Below are positions 18,167 through 27,142 of a DNA stretch of 48,981 nucleotides, piece by piece. A program made the translations under genes and the position numbers. Position 1 is the stretch's first letter; each line of letters starts with the position of its first letter. The DNA is from Vulcanimicrobiaceae bacterium. GTDB lineage: Bacteria; Vulcanimicrobiota; Vulcanimicrobiia; Vulcanimicrobiales; Vulcanimicrobiaceae. Where the stretch lies: the NCBI GenBank assembly GCA_035713505.1, contig DASSZL010000318.1, forward strand, positions 1 to 48,981, written 5' to 3'. The notes under the pieces are model-generated. The model ran no database searches, was not told the DNA's origin, and saw nothing but the letters and a program-made list of their open reading frames with translations.

Positions 18167-18532
18167 ATGGCGCGCATTGCAATCGAGAGCAACAACCTGC
18201 GCGTGCAGCTTTCACCGTTCGATACTGTGTGGGCGATGCACGGTTCGCTGACCATTCCGCTCAAGCACATCACGCTTGCACGCGTTGAAGACGAGAGCGG
18301 CTGGAATCATTTGTGGCGCAAGATCATCGGTACGAACGCGCCGGGGCTGAAAATGGCGGGCTCGTTCTATTTGCCGGGCGGACTAGCGTTCTTGGATTAC
18401 GCCGACGGCAAGAACTGTCTTCTGCTCGAGACGCTGCACGAATCGTACAAGTACGTCATCGTGCAGCTCGATCGCGATCAGGACCCCGACGCGTTCGCCG
18501 CCGAACTCAACCGCCGCATCGGCAAGACATAG
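18167..18532 (+). CDS. small bacterial PH-domain-like protein (tentative)
   Basis: 121 aa. The pattern LRVQLSPFDTVWAMHGSLTIPLKHI...APGLKMAGSFYLPGGLAFLDY...VIVQLD resembles a conserved small PH-like family. It is followed by a strong terminator. Confidence 0.55.
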   Translation: MARIAIESNNLRVQLSPFDTVWAMHGSLTIPLKHITLARVEDESGWNHLWRKIIGTNAPGLKMAGSFYLPGGLAFLDYADGKNCLLLETLHESYKYVIVQLDRDQDPDAFAAELNRRIGKT

Positions 18533-18565
18533 AAAAAGGCCGCGATTGCTCGCGGCCTTTTTTTG
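18533..18565. terminator. bidirectional intrinsic terminator
   Basis: AAAAA-GGCCGCGA-ttgc-TCGCGGCC-TTTTTTT (stem 18538-18545/18550-18557). It sits between convergent stops at 18532 and 18575. Confidence 0.85.
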
Positions 18566-18574
18566 CTTTGCCGG

Positions 18575-20104
18575 TTAGTTTACCGGAGGCTGCGTGACGG
18601 CGATGCCTTCCGCCAGTTGCAGCGCGACGGTGCTCTTCTTTCGCCCGTAGGAGTAGTAGAAAATCAGGCCGATGACGAGCCACACGATGAACCAGAACCA
18701 CACCAGCGGGAAGAATCCCCACAGCAGCGGGTTGCCGACCTTCAAGTAGTAGATCAGTCCGAGCGCGGTCAGTGCCGACAATATCGGAATGATGTACGGT
18801 CCGAACGGCACCGTGAACGCGCCCTTGAGTTCCGGATGCCGTCTGCGAAGCACCGGTACGGCAATCGAGACCAGAATGAACGCGAACAGCGTTCCCATGT
18901 TCACCAGCGATCCGACGATGTTGATCGGCGTAAACGCCGCCACGATGGCGATGCACACGCCGAAGAACAGGGTTGAATAGATCGGCGTACGCCACGTCGG
19001 ATGCAGCGTCGTGAATGAGGGCGGAATCAGCCGGTCGCGCGCCATCGCGAACCACACGCGGCTTTGTCCGAACATCATGACGAGCAGCACCGTCGTCAAA
19101 CCGGCGATTGCGCCGATGGAGATGATGACCGACGCGGCCGGTCCCCACGAGAGGCCCATGTGGTTGACCGCGTACGCGACCGGGAACGCGTTGTTGAGCG
19201 TGAAGTACGGCGTCACGCCGTTGAGCACCAGCACGACGACGATGTACAGCAGCGTGCAGATGAGCAAACTGGCGATGATGCCGAACGGCAGGTCGCGCGC
19301 CGGATCCTTCGCTTCTTCGGCGGTAGTCGACACCGCGTCGAAGCCGATGTATGCGAAGAAGATGAACGCCGCGCCGCCGAGCATGCCGCCCCAGCCGAAC
19401 GGGAAGAAGCCGCCCTGATCCATGCCGCCGCCGGTTGGAAGCGGATGCGGCGGAAGGCTGTAGTTCGCCGGCATGATGTGGCCGACGCCGATAGCGATAA
19501 AGAACAGCACGATGACGATCTTGAGCGCGACGATGATCGCGTTGACCGTACCGGATTCTTTCGTGCCGCGCGCGAGCAGCGCCGTGATGATCAAAATAAT
19601 GATCGCGGCCGGAATGTTCGCGTACCCCGAGGCTCCTTGACCGGCAAGCCCCCACGTCGGGCCGTTCGCCCACTGCGCCGGAATGTGGACGCCGAACTGG
19701 TTGAGGATGTTCACGAAGTAGCCGGACCAGCCGATGCTCACGGTTGCCGCACCAAGCGCGTACTCGAGCACGAGATCCCAGCCGATGACCCATGCGAGAA
19801 ATTCGCCGAGCGTCGCGTACGTATACGTGTACGCGCTGCCGGAGATCGGAATCTTACTGGAGACTTCGGCATAGCACAGCGCCGCGAGTGCGCTCACGAT
19901 GCCGGCAACGACGAAGGAGATGGCGATCGACGGGCCCGCGCGGGTCGCCGATGCAACGCCGGTTAGCACGAAAATGCCGGTACCGATGATCGCGCCGATG
20001 CCCATGGCGGTAAGCGCCCAAGGCCCGAGCGTTCGCTTCAGTCCGTGCTCTTGGTTGGAGCCCTCAGCGAGAATCGTCGAGAGCGGCTTTACACGTGACA
20101 GCAT
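18575..20104 (-). CDS. APC-superfamily amino acid permease (cationic amino acid transporter type)
   Basis: LGPWALTAMGIGAIIGTGIFVLTG signature, about 13-14 hydrophobic segments, 509 aa. Confidence 0.9.
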   Translation of the reverse strand: MLSRVKPLSTILAEGSNQEHGLKRTLGPWALTAMGIGAIIGTGIFVLTGVASATRAGPSIAISFVVAGIVSALAALCYAEVSSKIPISGSAYTYTYATLGEFLAWVIGWDLVLEYALGAATVSIGWSGYFVNILNQFGVHIPAQWANGPTWGLAGQGASGYANIPAAIIILIITALLARGTKESGTVNAIIVALKIVIVLFFIAIGVGHIMPANYSLPPHPLPTGGGMDQGGFFPFGWGGMLGGAAFIFFAYIGFDAVSTTAEEAKDPARDLPFGIIASLLICTLLYIVVVLVLNGVTPYFTLNNAFPVAYAVNHMGLSWGPAASVIISIGAIAGLTTVLLVMMFGQSRVWFAMARDRLIPPSFTTLHPTWRTPIYSTLFFGVCIAIVAAFTPINIVGSLVNMGTLFAFILVSIAVPVLRRRHPELKGAFTVPFGPYIIPILSALTALGLIYYLKVGNPLLWGFFPLVWFWFIVWLVIGLIFYYSYGRKKSTVALQLAEGIAVTQPPVN

Positions 20105-20171
20105 ATTAGGGCCGATGATTTACCTTCGCCGTGCGTCTCCCTGGTTTTCGTACGGCAAAAGTCACATGTGC

Positions 20172-20888
20172 CTACGACTCGGCACGCGAGAAGCCGACGT
20201 ACAGGCCGCGCCCGAAAAACCCGTCCTCGTCGAATTCCACGAACAGCCCGGCCTTGCGGAACGCGTTGCGGTACTCTTCGCCCGTGAACAGCGTGAGGCG
20301 GTGCGGTTCGGTGAACGTGCGTATCCCGTCGCGCGAGGCCACCATATAATGGAAGTTGAGCACCGAGACGTTGGCGTCGCGGCGGCTGACGCTCATGCGG
20401 GCCACCTTGAGGTTTGGTTCGTCGACGAACAGTGCGTGCACCGCGCCGTCTTTCCAGTCCTCGGGACGAACCCAGGGCTCGACGATGACCACGCCCCCCG
20501 GTTTGAGGTGGCGCGCGAACGTGCCCAGCGTTTGATCCAGCCGCTGCGCGTTCGGCGCGTACGCGATCGCGCCGAACATGCAGATGATCACGTCGAAGCG
20601 TTTGGCGAGATTGAAGCCGATCATGTCGCCGAGATGAAACGGCACGCCGGGATTGCGCTCGCTCGAAATCTCGACCATCGAACGCGCGACGTCGAGGCCT
20701 TCGCACTCGAAACGATCGCGCAAATGCTCGATGTGTTTGCCGGTGCCGCACGCAACGTCGAGCAGCGCGTTTCCCCCCGAGCGGCAGCGCTCCCGGATGA
20801 TGTGCGAGATGCGGTCGCTTTCGGCGGCGTAGTCTTTTCCGAGCGAACCGTAGAGCGCGTCGTAATATTTTGCGGATTGCGTGTACAC
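20172..20888 (-). CDS. class I SAM-dependent methyltransferase
   Basis: YYDALY N-terminus and motif I LLDVACGTGKHIEHL. 238 aa. Confidence 0.85.
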   Translation of the reverse strand: MYTQSAKYYDALYGSLGKDYAAESDRISHIIRERCRSGGNALLDVACGTGKHIEHLRDRFECEGLDVARSMVEISSERNPGVPFHLGDMIGFNLAKRFDVIICMFGAIAYAPNAQRLDQTLGTFARHLKPGGVVIVEPWVRPEDWKDGAVHALFVDEPNLKVARMSVSRRDANVSVLNFHYMVASRDGIRTFTEPHRLTLFTGEEYRNAFRKAGLFVEFDEDGFFGRGLYVGFSRAES

Positions 20889-20954
20889 AGCGGCGCACCG
20901 TTTTTGGTGCGCTTGCGGAAGGCCTGCCGGTCAAGCGTCGACAAACCATCAGCT

Positions 20955-22310
20955 ATGATCGCTTCGCGAGCAGCGCGCGAGTTCGACGTGCTGGTCATCG
21001 GCGGCGGAAACGCCGGATGCGCCGCGGCGCTGGCGGCGGCGCGCCATGGGGCGAAAACGCTCCTGGTCGAACGCTACGGATTCTTGGGCGGCACGGCCAC
21101 CGCGGCGATGGTGGGCCCGTGGATGACCTTTCACTCCGCAGGCAAGCGCATCGTCGGCGGCATCGCGCAGGAGATTGTGGAACGCCTGCAGCGCATGGGC
21201 GGCTCGCCCGGACATTTGTACGATTCGTCGGACTATGTGCCCACCATCACGCCGTTCGATCCGGAGATCCACAAAGCGCTGCTCTTCGAGATGATGCGGG
21301 AAGCCGGCGTGCAGCTTTTGCTGCATGCGTACTTTTTGCGTGCGATCGAAAGCGAGACCGGCGTCGAAGGCGCGGTGTTCGCAACGGTCGCGGGCGAACG
21401 CGAGTACCGCGCCGCCTTTACGATCGATGCTACTGCCGACGCGTACGTCGCCGCTTCGGCCGGCGTCGCCACGCAGCAAGGCGATGAACGCGGCCGCGTG
21501 CAGCCCGCGAGTTTGATGTTTCGCCTCAGTCACGTCGACCTCTCGAAAACCGCTACCTACGTTCGAATGCATCCGGATCAAATGCGCACCTCGCTCAAAG
21601 CGCACGAACGCCTGGCGCCCGCAATGACCGCCGTCGCCGGTTTGTACGATCTGTGGAACGACGCGCTCGAGCACGGCGAGGTGAGCGTGCCCCGCGAGGT
21701 CGTCTCGTTCTTCATCACGCCGTATCCGGACGAGGTGAGCGTGAACATGACGCGTGTGACGAACGTCGACCCGCTGGATCCGGACGATCTGACGCGCGCC
21801 GAAGTTGAAGCGCGCGCGCAGGTGATGCAACTGCTCGAGTTCTTCCGCAAGCGCGTGCCGGGATTCGAGAGCGCGCGCATCGCCGCGACCGGAACGCAGA
21901 TCGGCATTCGCGAATCGCGCCGCATCGAAGGCGCGTACACGCTCACGCGCGAGGACGTGCTGCAGGCTCGCCGGTTTACCGACGCGGTGGCGCGCAGCGC
22001 GTATCCAATCGACATCCACAACCCCGCCGGCACCGGCACCGTGACGCAGCGTCTGCCGGAGGGCCAGAGCTACGAAATCCCCTATCGCTGCATGGTTCCG
22101 GCATACGTCGACCGCCTGCTGGTGGCCGGGCGCTGCATCTCGACCACGCACGAGGCGCTCGCCTCGACGCGCCTCACCCCGACGGTGATGACGCTGGGGC
22201 AGGCAGCCGGAACGGCCGCCGCGCTGGCGAAACAAACCGGCACGCGCCTGCGTAGTATCGACACGGAACGTTTACGCTCAATGCTCAAGGATGATGGTGT
22301 GTTACTGTAA
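20955..22310 (+). CDS. FAD-dependent oxidoreductase (FAD_oxidored/PF12831-like)
   Basis: Rossmann motif FDVLVIGGGNAGCAAALAAARHG...ERYGFLGGTAT. Start moved to ATG 20955. The track's upstream 352 codons overlap two opposite-strand genes and look like shadow sequence. Confidence 0.85.
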   Translation: MIASRAAREFDVLVIGGGNAGCAAALAAARHGAKTLLVERYGFLGGTATAAMVGPWMTFHSAGKRIVGGIAQEIVERLQRMGGSPGHLYDSSDYVPTITPFDPEIHKALLFEMMREAGVQLLLHAYFLRAIESETGVEGAVFATVAGEREYRAAFTIDATADAYVAASAGVATQQGDERGRVQPASLMFRLSHVDLSKTATYVRMHPDQMRTSLKAHERLAPAMTAVAGLYDLWNDALEHGEVSVPREVVSFFITPYPDEVSVNMTRVTNVDPLDPDDLTRAEVEARAQVMQLLEFFRKRVPGFESARIAATGTQIGIRESRRIEGAYTLTREDVLQARRFTDAVARSAYPIDIHNPAGTGTVTQRLPEGQSYEIPYRCMVPAYVDRLLVAGRCISTTHEALASTRLTPTVMTLGQAAGTAAALAKQTGTRLRSIDTERLRSMLKDDGVLL

Positions 22311-22636
22311 TGCATCCGGTTTTTGAACTCGCTCACCGCTACGGCATCGAGATCGAATACGCCGATCTCGGTGAATGGGGCGTGGACGAGCTGCGCTCGG
22401 AATACGATCCGGACGGCCCGGTGATCCGGGTGAACAAACGGGTGATCGAAAATCTGCCGGTCAGCGAGATCGGCGATTTCATCGCATTTTCGGTCGCGCA
22501 CGAGCTCTATCACCATCGCGAGCACCGCGCAGAGATTCCACGCCTGCTCGACCGCGGGGCGCGTGAAACCGCCGCGAACGACTTCGCCCGCCATCTGGTG
22601 GGGCCGCCACCCAGCACGGCGCCCTCCGGGAGCTAG
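22310..22636 (+). CDS. minimal ImmA/IrrE-like zinc metallopeptidase domain protein
   Basis: ELAHRYGIEIEYADLG...VIRVNKRV...FIAFSVAHELYHH matches the ImmA/IrrE layout with HExxH. The ATG shares a base with the upstream TAA (TAATG at 22308-22312). Confidence 0.6.
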   Translation: MHPVFELAHRYGIEIEYADLGEWGVDELRSEYDPDGPVIRVNKRVIENLPVSEIGDFIAFSVAHELYHHREHRAEIPRLLDRGARETAANDFARHLVGPPPSTAPSGS

Positions 22637-23537
22637 TATTTCCACGCTCTTCGCCGGCATCGACGGCGGACAGAGTTCGACCAGCGCCGTCATCGGCGAT
22701 GAAACCGGCCGCGTCATCGCGCGCGGAACGGGCGGCCCCGCCGACGAGGTTGGGGAAGGCCCCGGCTCAACGCGGCTGCGTGATGCACTGCGCGGTGCGT
22801 TACGTGATGCGCTCGCGCGCGCCGGATTGCCGCAGGACTCGCACTTTGCCGCGATCGTCGCCGGCATCAGCGGTTACGAAGGCAGCGTGTATGGCCGCGC
22901 TCCGGAATTGCCCGCGGATCGCGTTGCGCTCGTGCACGACACGGAGATCGCGCATGCCGGCGCGCTCGATGGGAAGCCGGGCGTCGTCGTCATCGCCGGT
23001 ACCGGCTCCGTCGCATTTGCGAAAAGCGAGAACGGCGCCGGTTCGCTGTGCGGCGGCTGGGGATATCTGTTCGGCGACGAAGGCAGCGCCTTTTGGTTTG
23101 CGCGCGACGCGCTCGCGGACGCCATGCGCGAGACCGATGCCGGCGAGCAGAGCGAACTGACGCCGCTGCTGCTGCAGCATTTCTCGCAGCCTTCGCTGCG
23201 CGCTTTGGCGCGAGCCTTTTACGCCGGCGGCGTTTCGCGGGCCGATCTGGCCGCCTTGGCGCCGGTGCTGATGCGGCATGCCGAAAACGGCAGCGAACGT
23301 GCCGCGCAATACGTTCGCGACGGCGCTGCCGCGCTGGTGCTTCTCGCAAAACACGCGGCCGATCGCGCGCAAATGCCCGCTCCTGGGGTCGCATTCACCG
23401 GAGGACTGATGCAAAGCGCCGCGTTCAGCGCGCACGTCGACCGTTGGATGCACGAACTGCTGCCGCAGGCAAGGCGCGTCGTTCCCCGGCGCGACGCGGC
23501 GGAAGGCGCGCTGCTCTTAGCGTATCGCCCGGTATGA
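22563..23537 (+). CDS. BadF/BadG/BcrA/BcrD-type ATPase, N-acetylglucosamine-kinase-like
   Basis: LFAGIDGGQSSTSAVI, VIAGTGSVAF and GGWGYLFGDEGSAFW. The only canonical start before the GIDGG motif is GTG 22563, which gives a 74-nt overlap with the ImmA-like ORF. An ATT at 22638 is the alternative. Confidence 0.8.
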   Translation: MKPPRTTSPAIWWGRHPARRPPGASISTLFAGIDGGQSSTSAVIGDETGRVIARGTGGPADEVGEGPGSTRLRDALRGALRDALARAGLPQDSHFAAIVAGISGYEGSVYGRAPELPADRVALVHDTEIAHAGALDGKPGVVVIAGTGSVAFAKSENGAGSLCGGWGYLFGDEGSAFWFARDALADAMRETDAGEQSELTPLLLQHFSQPSLRALARAFYAGGVSRADLAALAPVLMRHAENGSERAAQYVRDGAAALVLLAKHAADRAQMPAPGVAFTGGLMQSAAFSAHVDRWMHELLPQARRVVPRRDAAEGALLLAYRPV

Positions 23538-24223
23538 CACTGCTCGATCGACTGCGCGGCGGTCTTATCGTCTCGGTTCAAGCTCGAACCGGCTGCGCTT
23601 TGGACGATCCGCGGGTGCTTGCGGCCATGGCGCAAGCGGCGCAAGAAAACGGAGCCGCCGGCGTACGCATTCAAGGGGTACGCAACCTGCAGGCGGTGCG
23701 CAAGCGCGTGGGCATCCCCATCGTCGGTATCATCAAACGCGAGTACGACGGCTTCGAACCGTACATCACGCCGACGGTGCGGGAAGTGCGCGAGGTGCTC
23801 GAGTGCGGCGCGGAGATCGTCGCGTTCGATGCGACGGGCCGCGCGCGTCCGCAAGGCCGCGAGATCGGCGAGCTGGTCGCTGCGATCCACGGCGGCGGCG
23901 CGCTCGCGATGGCGGATTGCGCGCTTGCCGGCGACGGGGTCTGTGCCCAAGCCGCCGGAGCCGACATCCTGGCCACGACCCTGTGCGGCTATACAAAGGA
24001 AACGCGCGGGACCGAGCTTCCAGCCTTGGATCTGGTGCGGGCGTTCGCCCAATTGGGCTGCTTCGTCATCTGCGAGGGAGGCATTCATGCGCCGGCGGCC
24101 GGAGCCGCGGCGCTGGACGCGGGAGCGGACGCCGTAGTGGTGGGGACCGCGATCACCAACACGGAATGGCTGGTACGGGAATACGCAGCCGCTTTAGGCC
24201 AACCTAAGTCGTCGCCCGCGTAG
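23534..24223 (+). CDS. nanE: N-acetylmannosamine-6-phosphate 2-epimerase
   Basis: LRGGLIVSVQA..., GAAGVRIQG, IVGIIKREY and DATGRARP. ATGA overlap with the kinase stop at 23534-23537. Confidence 0.88.
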   Translation: MTLLDRLRGGLIVSVQARTGCALDDPRVLAAMAQAAQENGAAGVRIQGVRNLQAVRKRVGIPIVGIIKREYDGFEPYITPTVREVREVLECGAEIVAFDATGRARPQGREIGELVAAIHGGGALAMADCALAGDGVCAQAAGADILATTLCGYTKETRGTELPALDLVRAFAQLGCFVICEGGIHAPAAGAAALDAGADAVVVGTAITNTEWLVREYAAALGQPKSSPA

Positions 24224-24323
24224 GACGCTGTTCCCTATAGTCAAATAGGGGTTGAGAAAATCTCATGAGGATCCCGGGAGCGCGGGGTCCTCTTACATCG
24301 CTCGCACTTTTTGGGGTTAGCAG

Positions 24324-25439
24324 TTGGCAGAGAATAGAGATCCGGTCGTGCACCTCGACCGAGGGTTCTGGACGGCAACGGCGGTCATCGTGCTGCTGTC
24401 GATCGCCGCGATCTTGTTTTGGGTATTCGTGCCGATTACGGGCATCATGCCGGAAGCCGTCGATCGCGCGGCGCAGATTGACTCGCTGTATCGTTTCCTT
24501 GCGGCCTCGGGCACCGCGCTGCTCGTCGCGGTTTTCGGATACATCCTGTATTTCGTCTTCCGTTTTCGCCGGCGCGCGAATCAATCCGCGGACGAAATCG
24601 GCTTGCAGATCCACGACAATCACAAACTCGAATTTTGGTGGACGCTGCTTCCCGCGCTCTACATTCTCATACTCGCGATCATCAGCGTGAATCTGTTCTT
24701 CCAAATCGAGCCGGTGAACGCGCAAGGCAACACGCTCGTCGTCGAGGCTCTCGGACACCAGTGGTACTACACGTTCCGCTATCCGGGCATCCACGGCGAA
24801 GTCAAGGAAATGCACCTGCCGCTCCACCAGCCGGTCACCCTGCACGTAACCTCGTACGACGTCATCCACTCGTTCTGGATTCCGGACATGCGCTTGAAAG
24901 CCGACATGGTGCCCGGCTCCATCAACACGCTCGTGTTCACGCCGACGCGCGTGGGTAAATACGAACTGCTGTGCACGGAGTTCTGCGGCACGCTGCACGG
25001 CGCGATGCGCAGCGGAACGCCGAACGATCCGGCGTACGTCTACATCGACCCGCCGGACAAGTACAAAGCCTGGTATGACGCGACGCAAAAAGCGCAGGCG
25101 GGTGCGAGCGACGCGATTGCCGTCGCCTCTGCCGGAGCCGTCAATCTCACGGGCGGCGACCCGGCCAAGGGCCACGAGCTTTTCGAAACCAAATGCTCGG
25201 CGTGCCACGCGCTTGGGCCGTTCGACAAGAAGATCGTCGGACCGGGTCTCATGGGCGTGCTGCACGACCCGGCGCATCCGAATCTTGTGAACGGCGAGAA
25301 AGCCACACCGGACAACGTAGCCAAGATTTTACAGAACGGCTTCAACGGTCCGATGGGCACGATGCCGAATCAAACGGCGAACGGGCTTTCCGATAAAGAC
25401 ATCGCGAATCTCGTCGCCTACCTCAATTCATTAAAATAA
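24324..25439 (+). CDS. ctaC: cytochrome c oxidase subunit II with a fused C-terminal cytochrome c domain (caa3 type)
   Basis: Two N-terminal TMs, CuA site DVIHSFW...LCTEFCGTLHGAM and heme c site KCSACH. The TTG start at 24324 is uncertain. Confidence 0.9.
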   Translation: MAENRDPVVHLDRGFWTATAVIVLLSIAAILFWVFVPITGIMPEAVDRAAQIDSLYRFLAASGTALLVAVFGYILYFVFRFRRRANQSADEIGLQIHDNHKLEFWWTLLPALYILILAIISVNLFFQIEPVNAQGNTLVVEALGHQWYYTFRYPGIHGEVKEMHLPLHQPVTLHVTSYDVIHSFWIPDMRLKADMVPGSINTLVFTPTRVGKYELLCTEFCGTLHGAMRSGTPNDPAYVYIDPPDKYKAWYDATQKAQAGASDAIAVASAGAVNLTGGDPAKGHELFETKCSACHALGPFDKKIVGPGLMGVLHDPAHPNLVNGEKATPDNVAKILQNGFNGPMGTMPNQTANGLSDKDIANLVAYLNSLK

Positions 25440-25452
25440 ACGCGGAGCAACA

Positions 25453-27126
25453 ATGGCTGTAGCAGCGGTACACTCGGGCGGCATTGCCGACCACATTCAT
25501 CCGGAGCCCGAAGGTTTTCTTCGGAAGTATGTTTTCTCGATCGATCACAAGATCATCGGGATCCAGTATTTGGTGACCGCCGGAATCTTCATGATTCTGG
25601 CCGGCGCACTCGCTGAACTCATCCGCGTCCAACTGATGAAGGCCAACGGCGGATTCATGACGCCGGACACGTACAACGCGGTGTTCACGATGCACGGATC
25701 GACCATGGTGTGGTTCGTCATCATTCCGCTTCTCACGGGCGCCTTCGGCAATCTCGTGATGCCGGTGCAAATCGGCGCGCGCGACGTCGCGTTCCCGTGG
25801 CTGAACATGATCGCGTACTGGATTTTCCCGGTCGCGGGCCTCATGCTGTACTCGTCGTTCCTGATGGGCGCGCCGGTGGCCGGCTGGACCGAGTATCCGC
25901 CGATGTCGCTGCAGGGCGCCGCCGGCACCTCGATGTGGTGCGCCGCGGTCTTTCTGGTCGGAATCGGCTCCACGATGACCGGCATGAACTTCCTGGTGAC
26001 GATTCTCAAGATGCGCGCGCCGGGCATGACGTTCACGCGCATGCCGCTGTTCGTGTGGGGACAGTTCGTGACCGCGCCGCTGCTGATGATCGCGACGACG
26101 GCGCTCGGCGCCGCGCTTGCCGCCCTCTTCATCCAGCGCGAGTTCGGCGTGCCGTTCTTCGACCCGACCAAAGGCGGCAGCCCGCTGCTGTGGCAGCATA
26201 TGTTCTGGTTCTACTCGCACCCCGCCGTCTACATCATGATTCTGCCGGCGTTCGGCATCATCTCCGAAGTCTTCCCGACGTTCGCGCGCAAACCGATTTT
26301 CGGTTACAAGATGATCGCGTTCTCGTCGTGCGCCATCGCGATTCTCGGCTTCATGGTCTGGGCGCACCACATGTTCACCTCCGGCATGGCGCCGACGCTG
26401 CAGCTGCCGTTCATGGTGATCACGATGCTCATCGCCATTCCGACGGGCGTGAAAATCTTCTCGTGGACGACGACGCTGTTCGGCGGCGTCCTCGAGTTTT
26501 CAACCGCGATGCTGTACTCCATCGGTTTTCTGCTGCTGTTCACCATCGGCGGCGTGACCGGCGTGTTCCTCGCCGCGGTTCCTTTCGATCTGCACGCGCA
26601 CGGCACGTACTTCATCGTCGCGCATTTCCACTACGTCATCGCCGGCGGCAGTTTGATGGGCGCGCTCGCGGGCCTGTACTTCTGGTACTCCAAGATGACG
26701 GGTCGCCTGATGAACGAGACGATGGGCAAATGGTCGTTCTGGCTGTACATGATCGGCATGAACGGCACGTTCTTGCCGATGCACTGGCTGGGTCTGTGGG
26801 GCATGCCGCGCCGCTACGCCGTGTACGATCCGCAGTTCCAGACGTGGAACCAAATCGAGTCCTGGTTCTCGTTCGTGATGACGGCCTCGATCTTGCTGAC
26901 GATGTTCAACGCCATCTGGTCGCTCAAGCACGGCAAGAAGTCGGGACACAATCCGTTCAGAGCGCGCACGCTCGAGTGGCAGATCCCCTCGCCGATGCCG
27001 TACTACAACTTCAAGCACATCCCGTCGGTGTTCGCTCCTCCGTACGACTTCGCCGAACCGCTTCCGTATCGCGGACTGGAAGAAGAACTCACCGACTCGC
27101 CCCCGCCGATCCCGGCCGCCCATTAG
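25453..27126 (+). CDS. ctaD: cytochrome c oxidase subunit I (A2-type)
   Basis: FWFYSHPAVYIMILPAFG, WAHHMFTSGM and AHFHYVIAGG. 557 aa. GGAG Shine-Dalgarno at 25444-25447. Confidence 0.97.
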   Translation: MAVAAVHSGGIADHIHPEPEGFLRKYVFSIDHKIIGIQYLVTAGIFMILAGALAELIRVQLMKANGGFMTPDTYNAVFTMHGSTMVWFVIIPLLTGAFGNLVMPVQIGARDVAFPWLNMIAYWIFPVAGLMLYSSFLMGAPVAGWTEYPPMSLQGAAGTSMWCAAVFLVGIGSTMTGMNFLVTILKMRAPGMTFTRMPLFVWGQFVTAPLLMIATTALGAALAALFIQREFGVPFFDPTKGGSPLLWQHMFWFYSHPAVYIMILPAFGIISEVFPTFARKPIFGYKMIAFSSCAIAILGFMVWAHHMFTSGMAPTLQLPFMVITMLIAIPTGVKIFSWTTTLFGGVLEFSTAMLYSIGFLLLFTIGGVTGVFLAAVPFDLHAHGTYFIVAHFHYVIAGGSLMGALAGLYFWYSKMTGRLMNETMGKWSFWLYMIGMNGTFLPMHWLGLWGMPRRYAVYDPQFQTWNQIESWFSFVMTASILLTMFNAIWSLKHGKKSGHNPFRARTLEWQIPSPMPYYNFKHIPSVFAPPYDFAEPLPYRGLEEELTDSPPPIPAAH

Positions 27127-27142
27127 GAGCAACATCTAAACA

